From Ptychomitrium polyphyllum (taxonomy: Eukaryota): a stretch of 64,000 bases of DNA. The notes below the pieces were generated by a model. The model made no database searches and was not told the DNA's origin. It saw nothing but the letters and a program-made list of their open reading frames with translations. This document shows positions 49,791 to 63,875 of this stretch, in pieces; position 1 is the stretch's first letter, and every line of letters begins with the position of its first letter. Made by a program: the position numbers and the translations under genes. The stretch lies in NCBI GenBank assembly GCA_973851085.1, contig OZ316775.1, positions 1,550,001 through 1,614,000 on the forward strand, in the 5' to 3' direction.

Positions 49791-51878
49791 ATGGCGGGAG
49801 GAGCTTCAGATAAGCCCAAGGGCGGAGGGAAAGTCGATGGCAACCTCCTTGCAGCGCGGGTGTTTGCGAGGATGGGCGTGGAACAGATGTTCGGCGTGGT
49901 AGGCATTCCGGTGACGTCGTTCGCGACTTCTTGTGTGCGAGAGGGAGTGCGATTCATTGCGTTCCACAATGAGCAGTCTGCCGGCTATGCCGCGAGTGCG
50001 GCTGGGTACTTGACGGGAAAGCCTGGCGTGTTGTTGACCGTCTCTGGGCCAGGGTGCGTTCATGGGTTGGCGGGGCTTAGCAATGCGCACATCAATACTT
50101 GGCCGATGATTTTGGTTTCGGGGTCAAGCGTACAGGCGGACATCGGCAAGGGCGATTTTCAGGAGCTTGACCAAGTTGAGATTGTGAAGCCATTTGCGAA
50201 ATATGCTGGTAAGGCTCACCATATCACTGAAATCCCTAAAGTAGTAGCGGAGGCTGTGGCTGCTTCTGTTACTGGTCGGCCTGGTGGTAGTTACGTCGAT
50301 TTGCCTGCGGATGTCCTTCACGAAGAGGTAACCGAAGAGGAGGCAGTCAAATTGCTCGCCGATTTGAAGCCATATGTGCCAATTTGGGCGCGAGAAGGTC
50401 CTCGGAAAGAATTTGCTGCAGGTAATTCGGAGATTAGCGAGGCGGCTTCTTTGCTGCGTAACGCGAAGCGGCCATTGGTTGTGTTCGGCAAAGGCGCGGC
50501 TTATTCTCATGCTGAAGGCGCCCTCAAGAACTTGGTGGAGTCGACAGGCATTCCGTTTTTAGCTACTCCGATGGGGAAGGGTTTGTTGCCGGACGCGCAT
50601 CCTTTATCTGCTGCAGCTGCCCGGTCTCTTGCTCTGGGTGACGCCGATGTGGCTCTCGTTGTCGGAGCGAGGTTGAATTGGTTGCTCCACTTCGGGGAGC
50701 CTCCGCGGTGGTCACCAGATGTGAAGTTCATCCTGGTGGATGTCTCCAAGGAGGAAATTGAGTTTCGAAAACCGACGTTGGGGCTGCTTGGCGATGCGGA
50801 TGTGGTGCTCAAACAGTTGAGTAAGGAAATCAAGGACCAGCCATTTGCCTTAGGAGAAAAGCATGAGTGGGTGCAGAAGATTAAGGCAAAGGTGCAAGCA
50901 AATGTGCAGAAGATGGCTGGATCACTCAGCAAGGATGTTGTGCCATTCAACTTCTTGACGCCTATGCGCATCATCCGCGATGCGATTCTGTCTGTTGGCT
51001 CTCCGGCTCCAATTCTGGTCTCTGAGGGCGCAAATACGATGGATGTTGGTAGATCAGTGTTGGAACAGACGGAGCCCCGCACCAGACTGGATGCTGGAAC
51101 ATGGGGCACTATGGGCGTTGGACTGGGATACGCAATTGCCGCCGCTGTGACGAACCCTGAGAAGCTTGTGGTTGCTGTTGAGGGCGACTCTGGGTTTGGA
51201 TTTAGTGGACTTGAAGTTGAGGTATGCAATTCAAACAGAGCTAAATTTGTGTTTCTATTTCAAGAATTTGCGTTCACCTGACGTTTTATATCATTAGTTT
51301 TCAGCGAGCTGAGGAGTACACATCACTAGAATGAGACTCGGTAGAGAAAAGAATTATTGAATTTCCATCTGTTATGGATCGATTCCTTCACCGTTGTGTT
51401 TGTGGGTCAGGCAAGAATCAAATTTCGAATTGCTGTGCATGCGAGGATGTGTCCGGGCATCAATTCTTTAGCTCTTTACTTTTGCTAAGGCTCATTTTAT
51501 ATGAAGGATGCTATTGAGGCACTTTCCAATATTTATGAATTTGTTTGTTATACTCACTTGCAGACACTAGTCCGGTACAAGTTACCGGTGGTTGTGATCA
51601 TCTTCAACAATGGAGGAGTATATGGTGGTGACCGTCGTCCTCCTGAAGATTTAGTAGGCCTTCACAAAGACGACCCTGCTCCTACGTCGTTTGTTCCAGG
51701 TGCTCGTTACGACTTAGTAATGGAAGCTTTTGGAGGAAAAGGTTATATTGTTGGCAACCCGGAAGAGCTTGAGTCGGCATTAAAGGAATCATTCTCTGCA
51801 CGGAAACCCGCAGTTATTAACGTGACAATTGACCCCTACGCCGGTTCCGAAAGTGGTCGGATGGGTCATAGAAACTAG
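49791..51878 (+). CDS. HACL: 2-hydroxyacyl-CoA lyase / oxalyl-CoA decarboxylase (TPP-dependent), ~581 aa
   Basis: join(49791..51221,51564..51878) = 1746 nt. MFGVVGIPV, HNEQSAGYAA, LTVSGPG, GDFQELDQ, VSEGANTMD, RLDAGTWGTMGVG and the TPP-binding GDSGFGFS...FNNGG. Confidence 0.95.
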
Positions 51879-53267
51879 TTGGCCCTTTTCCCCAGTAGAA
51901 GGCGTTGGATTTCAGCCAGGATCAAATTCGTCAATTTAGTCACAGGAGGTGGGCACTTGAATTTGCCCTTTTGATTACTCCACTAATATGTCATCATGGG
52001 CAGCCATTATAAGTGGTCCTCAAATGTCATTGTATTTGTAGGTCTGTATAGCAAACTGGCTGATCAGAACCTCACCATCATTGGTGTAATTGTACATCTT
52101 GTGCATGCAACACAACAGATTCGAATGAACAGAGATTAGACCGAAGTGGTGGTCAGCAAAATAAAGTCAGCTCTTGAATAGTCTGGCTCTCCCAGTCACT
52201 CAGGGGTCTCGGCATATAGTCTTAGTTTAGAAACTGATTTTGCTGCACATGCTGAGTTCAAGGGGCTCCTGTGATGTCTTTTTTGATTGTACAGTAACGG
52301 TGGCCTTTAAAGAACGTTAACCGATTTTGACTGCATAGTGGTTCTGCATAGTGTAGAAAGTGTGCGCCTTTCTCGTGCAATTGACAGCAAATGCAGATCC
52401 TGAAAATTCAGACTCGACAGAACACCGTAATATTCCTCAGCAAGGCAGTGAGTCACCTGGAATAAAGTCGGCTGAACCCTAAAGTTCCCAATTTTGAACA
52501 TTCATAACTTTTCAATACTGTCCAAATAATACATTCTAATGTGTGTTGGAGTTCTTTTGCTCTTGCAGGTATGTTTCAATGTAAGAAATTGTGTCTTTTT
52601 ATTAATGGTACCATGTTTACAAGTCACAGGTATGGGTGTTATGAGTATCAGGGTTGTTGCTCCCTTGAGGCCCGAGGGTGATCCACTCCAACTGTTAATG
52701 AATATTATGTCTATAGAATCCTTGCTCATCACCAAGATTTAGTGCCCCTGGATTCTAAGAGTTCTCCAGATTGAATTAGAGTAGAGTAAGTCTTGTTTCT
52801 TCAGGACAATGCCATTCACAAATCACATGCCGTTGACAGCATTTCTACAACACTCATAAATCATATTCTATACAAAAGCAGCACCGCTTATGCCCTGCTA
52901 CAGATTCCAGGCACTCAAGCACAGGTTGGTGGGAGATAAGATCAGTTTTCGGTAAAGTGATGCTCGTGGGTTTGCTTCTCATACAATATGAGAAACATGG
53001 AATACTCAGATTCTAGGGTTTGATCTCCCTACCAAGATGTATCCTAAAAGCCCGACTGGCTCTTGTTAATAGCGTCTGTGCTCTCAACAGATTAGAGCTT
53101 GTGTCCGAGTATAAGTTACCACATGAGTTGTTCCAACACAATCTTCTCCTGCAGATCACGGCGTCTAATCCAGTTGAGATAATTGAGATGTAGTCTGCAT
53201 CGCTACGTCCTAGACAGCATAATTCGTTGGACTAAGGTTATGTATGTGCACGACTCGGTCAGAGGTT

Positions 53268-53963
53268 TCATGAGGATGGCTTGGTCTTCGGGTCGTTGCT
53301 AAGGAACCGCACAGCCAATCCCAACGCAAGCACCGTGAGCGGAACAAGGAATTGCAGCACTCTGATGAGCATTTCCGAGGGGCTGTGAGTGTCAACAGGG
53401 GTGACTCTTGCGTCACGCTTCACGGGTAGTGTGGTAACGTCTATGTCGCCAATCACGAACTGCGTCATTAACTCCCGAGCGCCATCGCTGTGGCCAATAT
53501 CTTCGAAATCTTCAGTTGCGTCCTTCCCTGTCATTGGTTGCAGGGAAAGTACACTTCATTCGATTACATGCATCTGTTCTCAAGCTCGTGGCGTACACAA
53601 TACTCTTAAGAGACATGGCTACAACTGGATCCATGAACAGTGTAAGCAAGCGACTGGAGAAGAGAGGTTTCAAGTTTGTACCTGTTGCAGAAAAGAGAAC
53701 TTGATCTCCACCCGGATGCTCTTCTGCAAAATTTGACACATCATATACCTGCAAACATATCATGCTAATATGAGTAACCGAATCCTCATCCTCTTCGTCC
53801 ACAACATCCATAAGCATGGCCTTAGCTTTGGTACTCAAAACGTTATCCAGATGAAAGTCTGAAAGAAGAAGTGACCGCGCATCACCTTGCCATTAACAAC
53901 GAGCCAACAATCGCCCTTCCCTTTATGCTGTTCAACATCAGCAAATGTAAATACCGTCGTCAT
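53268..53963 (-). CDS. CB5: Cytochrome b5, tail-anchored (~134 aa)
   Basis: complement(join(53268..53527,53682..53748,53886..53963)) = 405 nt. DCWLVVNGK|VYDVS, heme-binding HPGG, GKDATEDFEDIGHS, C-terminal TM helix LQFLVPLTVLALGLAVRF. Confidence 0.95.
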
Positions 53964-56142
53964 CGTGAGCCCACTCTAGACAGCCGTCCTTTGCTTTGAT
54001 GAACAACCTCCGAGATCTACTGTAGACAAAAGCGAGTTGTTAGAAAACACACACCGTCACACATCCTACCAAACTCAGGTTCAAAAACTCTACCAAACTC
54101 CCCAAACCGCACCAAATGTTCATACGCCTAATGCATCAAGCCATGTCTCCCCAGCCCATCTCTCGTGTACTCTCCACTCCGACCACCGACATCCAAAAAT
54201 CTGATCGAAAATCCTGACACAAGCCATTGAGCTCCCTCCACCTTACCCGATCACCACAAACCTAGCATAACCAGAAACGGCAAAGCCATGCAATATGATA
54301 CTCCAGCAGCAGTCCGACCTGATCGAACGTTTCCAAATCTGCCAGTGAAGGGAACTAATCCAGTATCGAGAGGAGCGCTTGAGTGAGGATCTGAGCGATA
54401 GCTATGATGATACTGTAGATGAACCTAGTTGGAAGTTACCTCCGCGATAATCGACCCGGTTGTGGAGCGCTTAACACGATCAGATCGCCATGCAGCACAA
54501 GGCTCAAGAGTTGGCAAATGGATTTCTGAGGAGGATCTAGAATGGATTGCTTGGCCGCTTGTCTGGTGGATGATCCCGTGGTCTTATGGTCTTGTGGTCT
54601 TGGCAAGCGGAGCATTATTATGTTCGTGGGCGGACAGCCGGGCAGCCGGTCAACCCGCGCGCCCCCGGATTCTCTTCCCGCTCATGGCGCAATGTTCAGC
54701 GTGGAATTGTCCTCCACGCTGGCTTTCCCTTGTCGTGATTCTGGGCTCTGTGTAGTGGAGGGACCCAATCCTGACACTCTTGCCAAGTCGCACTGTGGTG
54801 ACATTCTTCCTTTACTTGGAGATATAAAACAAAACAAGAAGATCACCCATATGGCATTGATTGTGGAAAAGAAATTAGAGGTGTTTGTAACCTCATCTTT
54901 TTATCTTGTTCTTTTTACTTTAACGAATGGATGAGTTTTTCTTACATATATGTATTAAAATATGTGTGCCATTCAAAGGCATGAAGCTTTAATGTATTGA
55001 AAAAAATGTTTCAATTATAAATACAAATCACTTGAAGAAAGACGTGAGATTACTAATAAAGAAAGCATATCAAAAGATAGGCTCTTGATAAATGTGGAGA
55101 CAATGTAAACATAATTGAGGAGTTTTGAAAATTGCAAAAACCATTTAAAATATATAATAATAAGAAGGCTTGAACTTCATATAATAAATTGTTGTGAGTG
55201 AGAAAGGAATAATGAAAAAAAGAAAAAAAATTAAATGAGTAATGTGCATAGAAGACAAAACATAATTTTGGAAGCAAAATTAAAGAGCAATTTTAAAAAG
55301 AAGATGGAAAAGTAATATCAATAAAAAAAGAAAAGGAATAAAAATTGTAGCATGAGAAAGTGCATCTTTTGAAGAATTGATTCCAAAAAAAAAATTATTT
55401 TAACAAAAAAGGATTTAATAATTAATGCATGTTTGACTTTCTAAAAATATAGATACATTTTATAATTGTAGGAAAAAAAACCATATAAAAATTAATTTTA
55501 ATAAATGATCAATTTTTTATAAAAACATATTAATATACTATGATAAGATTCATGTGGAAAAAAGTATGTTGATTCATAAATATATATATATTTTCAATTC
55601 TTTTTAAATCTTTTATTTTTATGATATCAACAAAAATTTATTTAATAGTTTAAAAAAATATCACCAATTAACTTTTGAAAGAATTAACAAATATTTTCTA
55701 TTTTAAAAATTAACCAATCATGTAAATTTATATTTAGATTTATGTGATTTGATATATGTGTTTTATGTAAATTAATGAATAGAAACTTGTTGCAAAATAT
55801 CTTTTAAAAATTATTATTACAAGTTGTCAAATGATATTAAAACTATTGTTGTATAAAGAAAAGCCCAATATAACTAAAATGCTAAATGTTCTTGAAATAT
55901 TTCAAATATTTTAAAATTGAAGAAAAAGATGGAAAAATAAAAATAACACAATTAATCAATTATCTTTTTGTATTTGCAACTTATATTTATTACAAATTTC
56001 ACATCAATCTATAAATAATCCACATTAAATAGTTCAAATTAGAAATGAATATAATATAAAAATACATTTCATCAAAAAAATAAATACTATTATTGTATTA
56101 AAAGATTATCTTTTTGTTGTATAAAATATACTATAAAGATAT

Positions 56143-56168
56143 TTATTTATTTATTTATTTATTTATTT
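56143..56168. repeat. (ATTT)n microsatellite
   Basis: atttatttatttatttatttatttatttt run in the AT-rich block. Confidence 0.8.
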
Positions 56169-57596
56169 TATAACAAACATTATATTATTAATATAGACCA
56201 TATTATACATATACCACTACAATTATTATAATTTATTTTGCTGAATTATATTTCATAGGAGATTTGAATAATAAAAAAATACAAAGGGATTATTATAAAT
56301 GAAGCTTTTTCTTTTGGCTATTTTGCAATTTTATACATTATTCCATTATTAAAATATGTAGTTTTAAACTAACACATCTCCAATAATATCAAGTACTAAG
56401 TGCACCTATGTCCATCTTTTAGTTAAAGTAGTGTGCAATATATATGTGCTTCTCATTGACTAATTCTTAATTGTTGGTTGTAAACTAAGCTATATATAAT
56501 AATGAAACACTGATATTTTTTAGTTTTTATTTATTTATCTATAATCAACTTCCTCAAATCATTTGAATTCTTTTGCAACAAGTTCCTGTTCATTTGCCAA
56601 AGCTAAAGCCTCTATGTGTTTTAAATTGGATTACAAACTCTTTTGATTTCCACGACGACGAACGTGAGACGACGAGATAACGAAGGCGAGACGAAAGTTG
56701 TGAATGCACAAAGGCGATGCTTGTTGTCGCCATTTTGTTGTGCGATGTTCGCGAGCTTTGCTGCTGCAGTCCTCGCCATAGCTTGCAGCTTGCGACGTTT
56801 CGTAGTGGTATGTCCTCCAATTACTGGTGCTGCTTCCCTTAGCTTACCTGCTCCTAAATGTACTTCCATGATTTCTCATTGCGGCGGAGATACAGACATT
56901 CTTATGATTAGAGTTCCACTTATTGCCATTCTTCCAAAGGATTAGAGTTCTATTTTCTAAGAAACAGGCATTGCTTATAGTTAGAGTTGCACTTCTGCTT
57001 CATTAGCATTGGAATAGTGTAAGGTTGAATGTTATGCAACAAGTTAGATGCAGTCTTGGAATCTTTGCTTAAGTACTTAAATGAAGTTGGAGTGAACTTG
57101 CGTGTCATGAGACATGTTCTTGCTTGCATGCTCTGTTATTCGGTGGACGAAGAACCTATTTTCATCTTTTCCGTAACCGATCGAGCTGTCGTTCGCAATT
57201 GAGAAAAATAATAGTCATCGCACTATTTTATGGTGTCTGTAGTTTCGACAGCACCGTTTCTAGTTCATGATTTCTCTGAAAGTGAGTTTAGCTGTGCTTC
57301 TTAGGTGGTGTGGATCAGGCGCCGCCTACTTAGAGTTCTTTTGCTCTATTGTGGTTCTGACTCCAAAGTTCTTGAAGTCAATCAATGTGGATTTAGAGCT
57401 CTCTGCTTGACTCTGGATGGTTTGCAGATGTAGGTTCTCAATAGAAAAGAGTTATTCAGTGTGTGGCAGGGGATTGCCATATTCGTGGTCCTAACCTAAT
57501 TCCGACTGCAGAACCTTGTTGTAGTAGATTATACCATGAGCCTTATGAGAGACTACATAGCTCGAAAAACGAGGAGAGAGCGACCAGCTTAAGAGC

Positions 57597-60500
57597 ATGG
57601 AATATGTCAAGACGTTCTCGATGTTATCCTTGCTGCAAATGCTTGTGCTGCTTGAAGTTACAGGCAATTCCTGCATTGTGAATGCGCAGACAGGTACTAA
57701 CACGACAATACTCCTCTTCTATGAAGCTGAATATCGATTGTTTATTCGTGTGATCACGGAACGAGGATTCTTTGCCCTTAGGTATCGATTTCTATGATCA
57801 ACCTGAACTCATTTCAAACTTTCTTGTTAACCGCAAAACTGCCAATTAAGTGGAGTATGGTTCAATCGAAAACTTCGTGTCATGTGCCATGAGAGAACCT
57901 CAGATCAAAAATTTTAGGGGGACGTTATCACAGAATCAATGCAAATATCACGAAGTTTACTCTCCCTTTGTTCAGCAACGGAGAAATGAAGGAGGCTTCA
58001 TTCTGAAGTACTCATGCAAGGACTTGCTCGTCGTCTCTTCTGAAACTGATTAAGGGGCAAGGCACTGTGGAAACAACTCGGGATGTTGTCTGCTTCGAAT
58101 GCGATGCACATCGCTTTAGGAGTTTACATCGAGAATATACAGAAAACTCCCGCAATATCAGTACTTTGGTAGGTTGTAATTCTATACTATCTTGAATCTT
58201 AACTTAATACTAGGCATTTGTACTCTGATTCTGCAGGGTTTACAAGTCTTGTGTGTGGAGCTTCCTCGGACTATATCTCTCAAAGTGACGGAATCTCCTG
58301 GACAAGTGATGTTGCTTTTGCTCCGCCAATAAGCAAAACCTTCACCTTAACGAGCCATTCATCACTCCGCACCCTGCGGTCATTCCCTCCCGACGCGAGT
58401 AGTCCTTCTGGAAGGAACTGTTACAGCAATCTTGTTCCGGCTGGCCTTAGTCTTGTGCGTGCGACTTTCACTTACGGGAACTATGATGGTCTGAACACTC
58501 CTCCAGTATTTGGAGTGTCAATCGGAGCCACAATGTACAGCACCGTCAATTTCGACATTCAAGACCCTTGGGTTGAAGAGATAATTCAGAATGCAACAGA
58601 GGCGCAGGCATTTTGTCTTATTGCCATAAATAAAATTCCTGTGATTTCTCTACTCGAATTGCGTCCACTTCCGCCAGGATCTTATAACCATGCAAGCTCC
58701 TCCGTTGGCGTATTGCTCAAGAAAGTATACCGAATGGACTGTGGGTCAGAAGCCATGACATCGACGAGGTGAGAACCACGAAAATGAGAATCAATGTGAA
58801 AGAAACGCATCCAAATTTTTGAATACCTTACTTTGTTATAGGCGTGAATGGGTTTAATTGTATTGAAAGTATTAGTTGCGTGCTGTAGTGATTCAAACTC
58901 AGAGCAGTACATAAAACTCGTTCGAACGTATCCGTCTAAACAATCGAATTTCCGTATTAAAAGACAGGATTTAACAATCAAAATTTGGATGTTCAAATTT
59001 AAGAATATGGAATGGAAACGCAGGTATCCAGACGACATCTATGACAGAATTTGGGATTCTGATCAGTACTACCTGGACGCAACAACCACGAGTACTCATT
59101 CAATAACACATCAATTGAAAACTGCGGCAGTGGCTGATGATGCTCCTATGATTGTGCTGCAATCGGATCGCTTCAATTACCATAACCAAACACTCTCGTA
59201 TTCCCTTCCTTTATCTCAGCTGACCGGAAAGTATCTGATGAACGCATATTTCGGAGAACTCTACAATACAAGTGGTCCAACTTTCAAAGTTTCTGTGAAT
59301 GATGTGGTTTTAATCACAGTGGAGGGATGGCCTCCCCTGTCAGGCGCTGAGTTTACAGTGACGCAGGCGGCAGGCTCGTGGTGGAATATCTCCCTTCTTC
59401 CAGTAACAGGGGCTCCTCAGATAAACGGTCTCGAAATTTTTGAAATCGTACAGACGAAGCACACGTCAAATGCGGCAGACGGTAAAATTTTCTTAATTGT
59501 GCTTTTGTAGAGTAGAACTCTTCAGATGATTTGTATGTCTGCTCTTTGTTTAAAAATATTGCTCAAAGATCCTACGTAATGGTCTGTAAATGCGATATAA
59601 AAGAGCCTCGTGTTCAATTTACATAGTTATATATGAAAAGTCTTACTTGTGTGGGCTTTGGTGGTGTTTAGTGAGAGCGCTAAATCTGATTGAGCTCAAC
59701 TTCAATATCCAGAATTTACTTCTGGACTGGGCACTTGGTAGTGATCCATGCTTTCCAGTTCCTTGGAGAGGAGTCATTTGCAACTCTGAAGGCATGGTTA
59801 CCTCTCTGTAAGCGCTTATCTTTGCAAGGCAATTTGCTTATCAGTTCCAACTATCACATGCATACACAACAGTCATGGTTGTGTGGGCATAATTTCAGCT
59901 ACAGCTATTTTCAGATCTCAATGACATGTGATTTACTCTCATTTATAGGAATCTTTCAAGCTCGCAACTATCAGGTGATATTGTAAGCCTGTTTCAAGAT
60001 TTCACAAACCTTGAATATTTGTAAGCTGCTCACCTTGCTTGACATTTATACTGCAAATATATTATGCAGGCTATACTTGTGTAGCCCCATCCTGTCTCCA
60101 GTACATTCCATTCTGCGGTGTCAATTAGTGCAGTCCATATGCCAATGTTCTTGCCTGCAGTCTAAAATGGATAAAGAAAATAGTATCAAATGGACTACAT
60201 CCACCTAATAATTCTCCTGAAACTTTGTTACCCTCCAGACCCTATTTAGGGTTGTCATGGCCCAAGGATCAAGGTCAATAATCAGGGCCGATAATCTGAA
60301 AACCCCTCCCAAGCAGTAGAACAAGTGGATGTGAGGGAATTTTGTTATATTTGGGAAGTCGAGCAACGAAAATTTACTTCACTACTAATATATTCCTCGA
60401 GCGACTTCGCAGAAATGCAAGCGGCAACTATCTAGTTGGACATGTTCCCGATCTCAAAGGACGTTTTCGAAGCTTGAAAGTACTGTAAGTTGACATCTCG

Positions 60501-63500
60501 TAATATTCATATCAGCAGGTTTCTCTTAATACTTGCCACTTGGCGTTCTAGCACAACCTGCTTTGAATATGATTATTTCCTTACCTTCCCTGATGAATCT
60601 CTACGATTGCATTTTCTGGCTGTCGTTTAGTTCAATGATCAAATGTTTGCCAATGATCACCCGCTTGCACAGCGCTGGCACTCAGTATATTTTTAACTTG
60701 TTGGTTATCAGAGACTTAAGTGATAATCAACTTTCAGGGACCCTGGATGCATTTGCAACCTTGAATCTTAACTATCTGTAAGCTCTTAAAGTTGATTTTT
60801 ATATTCAATTAAGCTTTGTAGTCATAGTGATGAGTTAGAGGCCAGTAATAACGGAAATCCTGCCACGAGCCTGCTGGAGTTGTTGTTACTATGCAAGATT
60901 CCTTGACAGAGGTTACTAGCATATTACAATTACAAATATTCCTAACTCTTGGCAATGATTGTCACATTTTACTGTCTTCTTAGAACAAGTTCTGATTTTA
61001 CTTATAAGCCAAGACTTGTTGTGGGCTTAGCAGAAAGATATAGAGCTTCTCTTTATTTACTTCTGCTTTTTTTTTGTCGCGGGTTTAATTTCGGTATCTT
61101 CGATTCTGTCAGGAACGTTGCGAACAACCAGTTCTCTGGGCATATACCAAGAAGATTGGAACAGCCTGGCATAGTTTTGATGTAACCTTCTTCTGTCGAT
61201 CCTAAACACAACTGCTTTGTTGAACTCTAACTGCATGATCACAATACATGATAGTAGTAACTTGACGGTGTATATTGTCGTCTCAAGTGATCTAAATATT
61301 TGAGCGGAATTGGTGCAGCATGTCAGGAAATCCTTGTATTCAGTATGGCACAGATCCGTGCACAACATCAGTGACGAGTCAAACACAACCTGTAGGAAAA
61401 CCCGAAGGAAGCTCTAGCCGCTACTCAAAGTCAGTCGTGGTAGGAGCCGTGATTGGACCAATTGTGGCCATAATGGCCATTGCAGCAGCTGGAATGATAT
61501 GTTGTCGCCGCTACAGAATTAAATGTGAATTAAATGATGCGGAGGAGGAAGGTGATGGCCGCCAATCAATTACGACTGCTCTTGAGATTTGTTTATACTT
61601 TATACTCTGAAGTTGGATTGACAGTAGACTCGTCTGCATCTTTGTAACGGATGTATCACGTTATGTCTGCAGCGGGAACGGTAAATATTCTCGAAAAGGA
61701 GCTGGCACTCGATAAGAATGCCAGAAGGTATTCCTTTCAGGAACTAGAAAATGCAACTAACCGTTTTAGAGAACCTATAGGTGAAGGCACTTTAGGCCCA
61801 GTTTTCCGAGGTAGATTATCAGATGGGACAGACGTCGCCATCAAAATGCGGTCAGATGGTTTGCAACTTGATGCCGATTCATTTCTTAAAGAGGTACAAG
61901 TAACCCTAGAGCTTGTTAACGGAGTGTGATCACTTTATAGTGTATTCTGCTCCTTGCTAGGTTTCCTTTTAAAGCACAAAAAATTCTTTTTTCTATATCT
62001 GGACTAAGATTTGACCTTTCCACTCAGGTATCGTTTCTGTCTAAAGTGCGCCATCAGAATTTGCTGCAGCTGAAAGGATATTGTTTGGAGTCCAAGAAGC
62101 AATTTTTAGTGTTCGAGTTCATGTCTGGGGGTTCACTCAAGGATCATCTATACGGTAAGTGACCTGGTTACAAATGTTGCATCAAAAGATTATGAAAAAA
62201 TTTCAGTCTTAAGCAGTACCATAGACTTTATTAGTTTCTGCCTCTGGCTACGTGAATCTGATTGAATCAACATTTCTTGGATGTGCTTGTGTACATTACA
62301 GGTCCACTTTCGAAGCTCCAACCTATGAGCTGGGAGCAAAGACTTACTTCAGCCATTGGGGCTGCTGCTGGTAAAGTCCATCTCAAAGTCATGTATTAAA
62401 TTCATTTTTTGCACATTACCCTTAGATTATCAGATTCTAGTCTGCGAGGAGGCAGAAGTGGACTCTACTGCAGAGTGTAGTATCTCCACCTTCTTAATTA
62501 TCTAAAATTGTTTGTGAGCAACGTGTGGCCATGGAAAGCACAAGCTGGATTCTCACAGAGAACACCAGCTGTGTTGAGGCTTCATCATAAAATCGATTCG
62601 TTGCTAATATGCAGGACTTGAATATCTGCACTTTGGCGGCGGTGACTTGAAGGTCATACACAAAAACGTGAAGAGCTCCAACATCTTACTAGGACCCAAT
62701 TACTTGTCGAAGGTCTCTGATTTTGGCCTATTGAAGCCAGCTGCGCCACATGCGGGAAAGAGTACCCTTATCAGAGGCACAGCAGGCTACCTTGATCCTG
62801 AGTAATATCACCATCCTGTCATTGTTTACGAAATGTTGGTTTAGGAGCAAGTATGTTAGATTTCCTTCTGGCTGGAAAGCAACCCTCTTTAGGAGAGAGG
62901 ACCCTGTCGAGGGCTCTGTTCAGAACTATTATCCTTCAATCTTGTGCATGGTGACTGGAACGGTGACTCTGCTAGGACTCTGCTATGCCGATTCCTGGAC
63001 GAAAACATACACGCATTGCGAAAGTGGAGTTTAAAACATTCTTTTCTACTTGACCGTAACTGTAACTGTAACTGTAAATTAGTTGGTAAGTATCTATCTA
63101 GAAAGTATCTGTAAATTAATTGGTGATGTTTTTATAGAACTTGATTAATTGTAGGATGGGCTTGAGATGTGATATTAGGTACTTCAACACGACGCAGCTG
63201 ACTGATAAGAGCGACGTGTTCAGTTTTGGAGTTGTCTTGATGGAGATCCTGTGTGGACGAGAACCCCTTTCCAGCAACTGCTCTCCTGATGCGTACAACC
63301 TTGTAGCATGGGTATCAGATTCCCTACTCTACTCCTCTTTAGCATTTTATAAAACACGAGTCAGAAAGACTGTTGAAGGTAAAAGGTAATCTAAGCATTC
63401 TCTAACGGGATATGAGACGCAAGAAATAAATATCTTAGCAGAATATCCTATTCTTTGAAAGTAATATGTCTAAAGATCAGTCCTTATAATCTGGTACATC

Positions 63501-63875
63501 ATGAACTAGAAATAATGCTTGAGAGACCTGATATTGCAGGTTCGGCCAGCTCTACAAGATGCTATTCCTAATGGCGACGTTGCAGTAGTGGACAAGGCGT
63601 TGGGTAACCAATTTGTACTGCGAAGTTTAGCTATTGTAGCCAACGTTGCCCTCCAGTGCACAGCGAAGGAAGGGGCTCAAAGGCCGTCGATGGCCGAGGT
63701 CGTAAGGGAGCTCAAACGGGCCATGGATGTTGAAGATCTGCTCCCAAGCGTCATTGAACCTTCTCTGCAGACTCTTCAATCCGCCCCGAAAAACGCAATC
63801 AAGCGAAAAACCTTCTCTTCCGCAGAAGTATACCCTTCACGTTCTCAGAGCATGTCTCGTATCCTTAGAGTTTAA
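57597..63875 (+). CDS. Malectin-like domain / LRR receptor-like kinase (LRR-I type) with atypical catalytic loop
   Basis: join(57597..57693,58237..58768,59024..59481,59672..59807,59949..60020,60413..60484,60712..60777,61113..61181,61319..61551,61673..61893,62028..62154,62302..62370,62615..62801,63179..63311,63540..63875). Signal peptide, malectin-like domain ([31 protein letters not shown]), GSDPC..W.GV.C cap, four 66-72 nt single-LRR exons, TM helix, kinase ([35 protein letters not shown]). Confidence 0.92.
63055..63077. repeat. (CTGTAA)n short tandem repeat in a receptor-kinase intron
   Basis: cgtaactgtaactgtaactgtaa. Confidence 0.75.

Noticed and set aside
50507..51229. 240-aa antisense ORF within HACL
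   Set aside because: Shadow ORF produced by codon bias of the sense gene.
51855..51878. HACL ends in -GHRN with no canonical PTS1
   Set aside because: As I recall, plant orthologues end in a similar HKN/HRN tail, so this is probably family-normal rather than a special feature of this locus.
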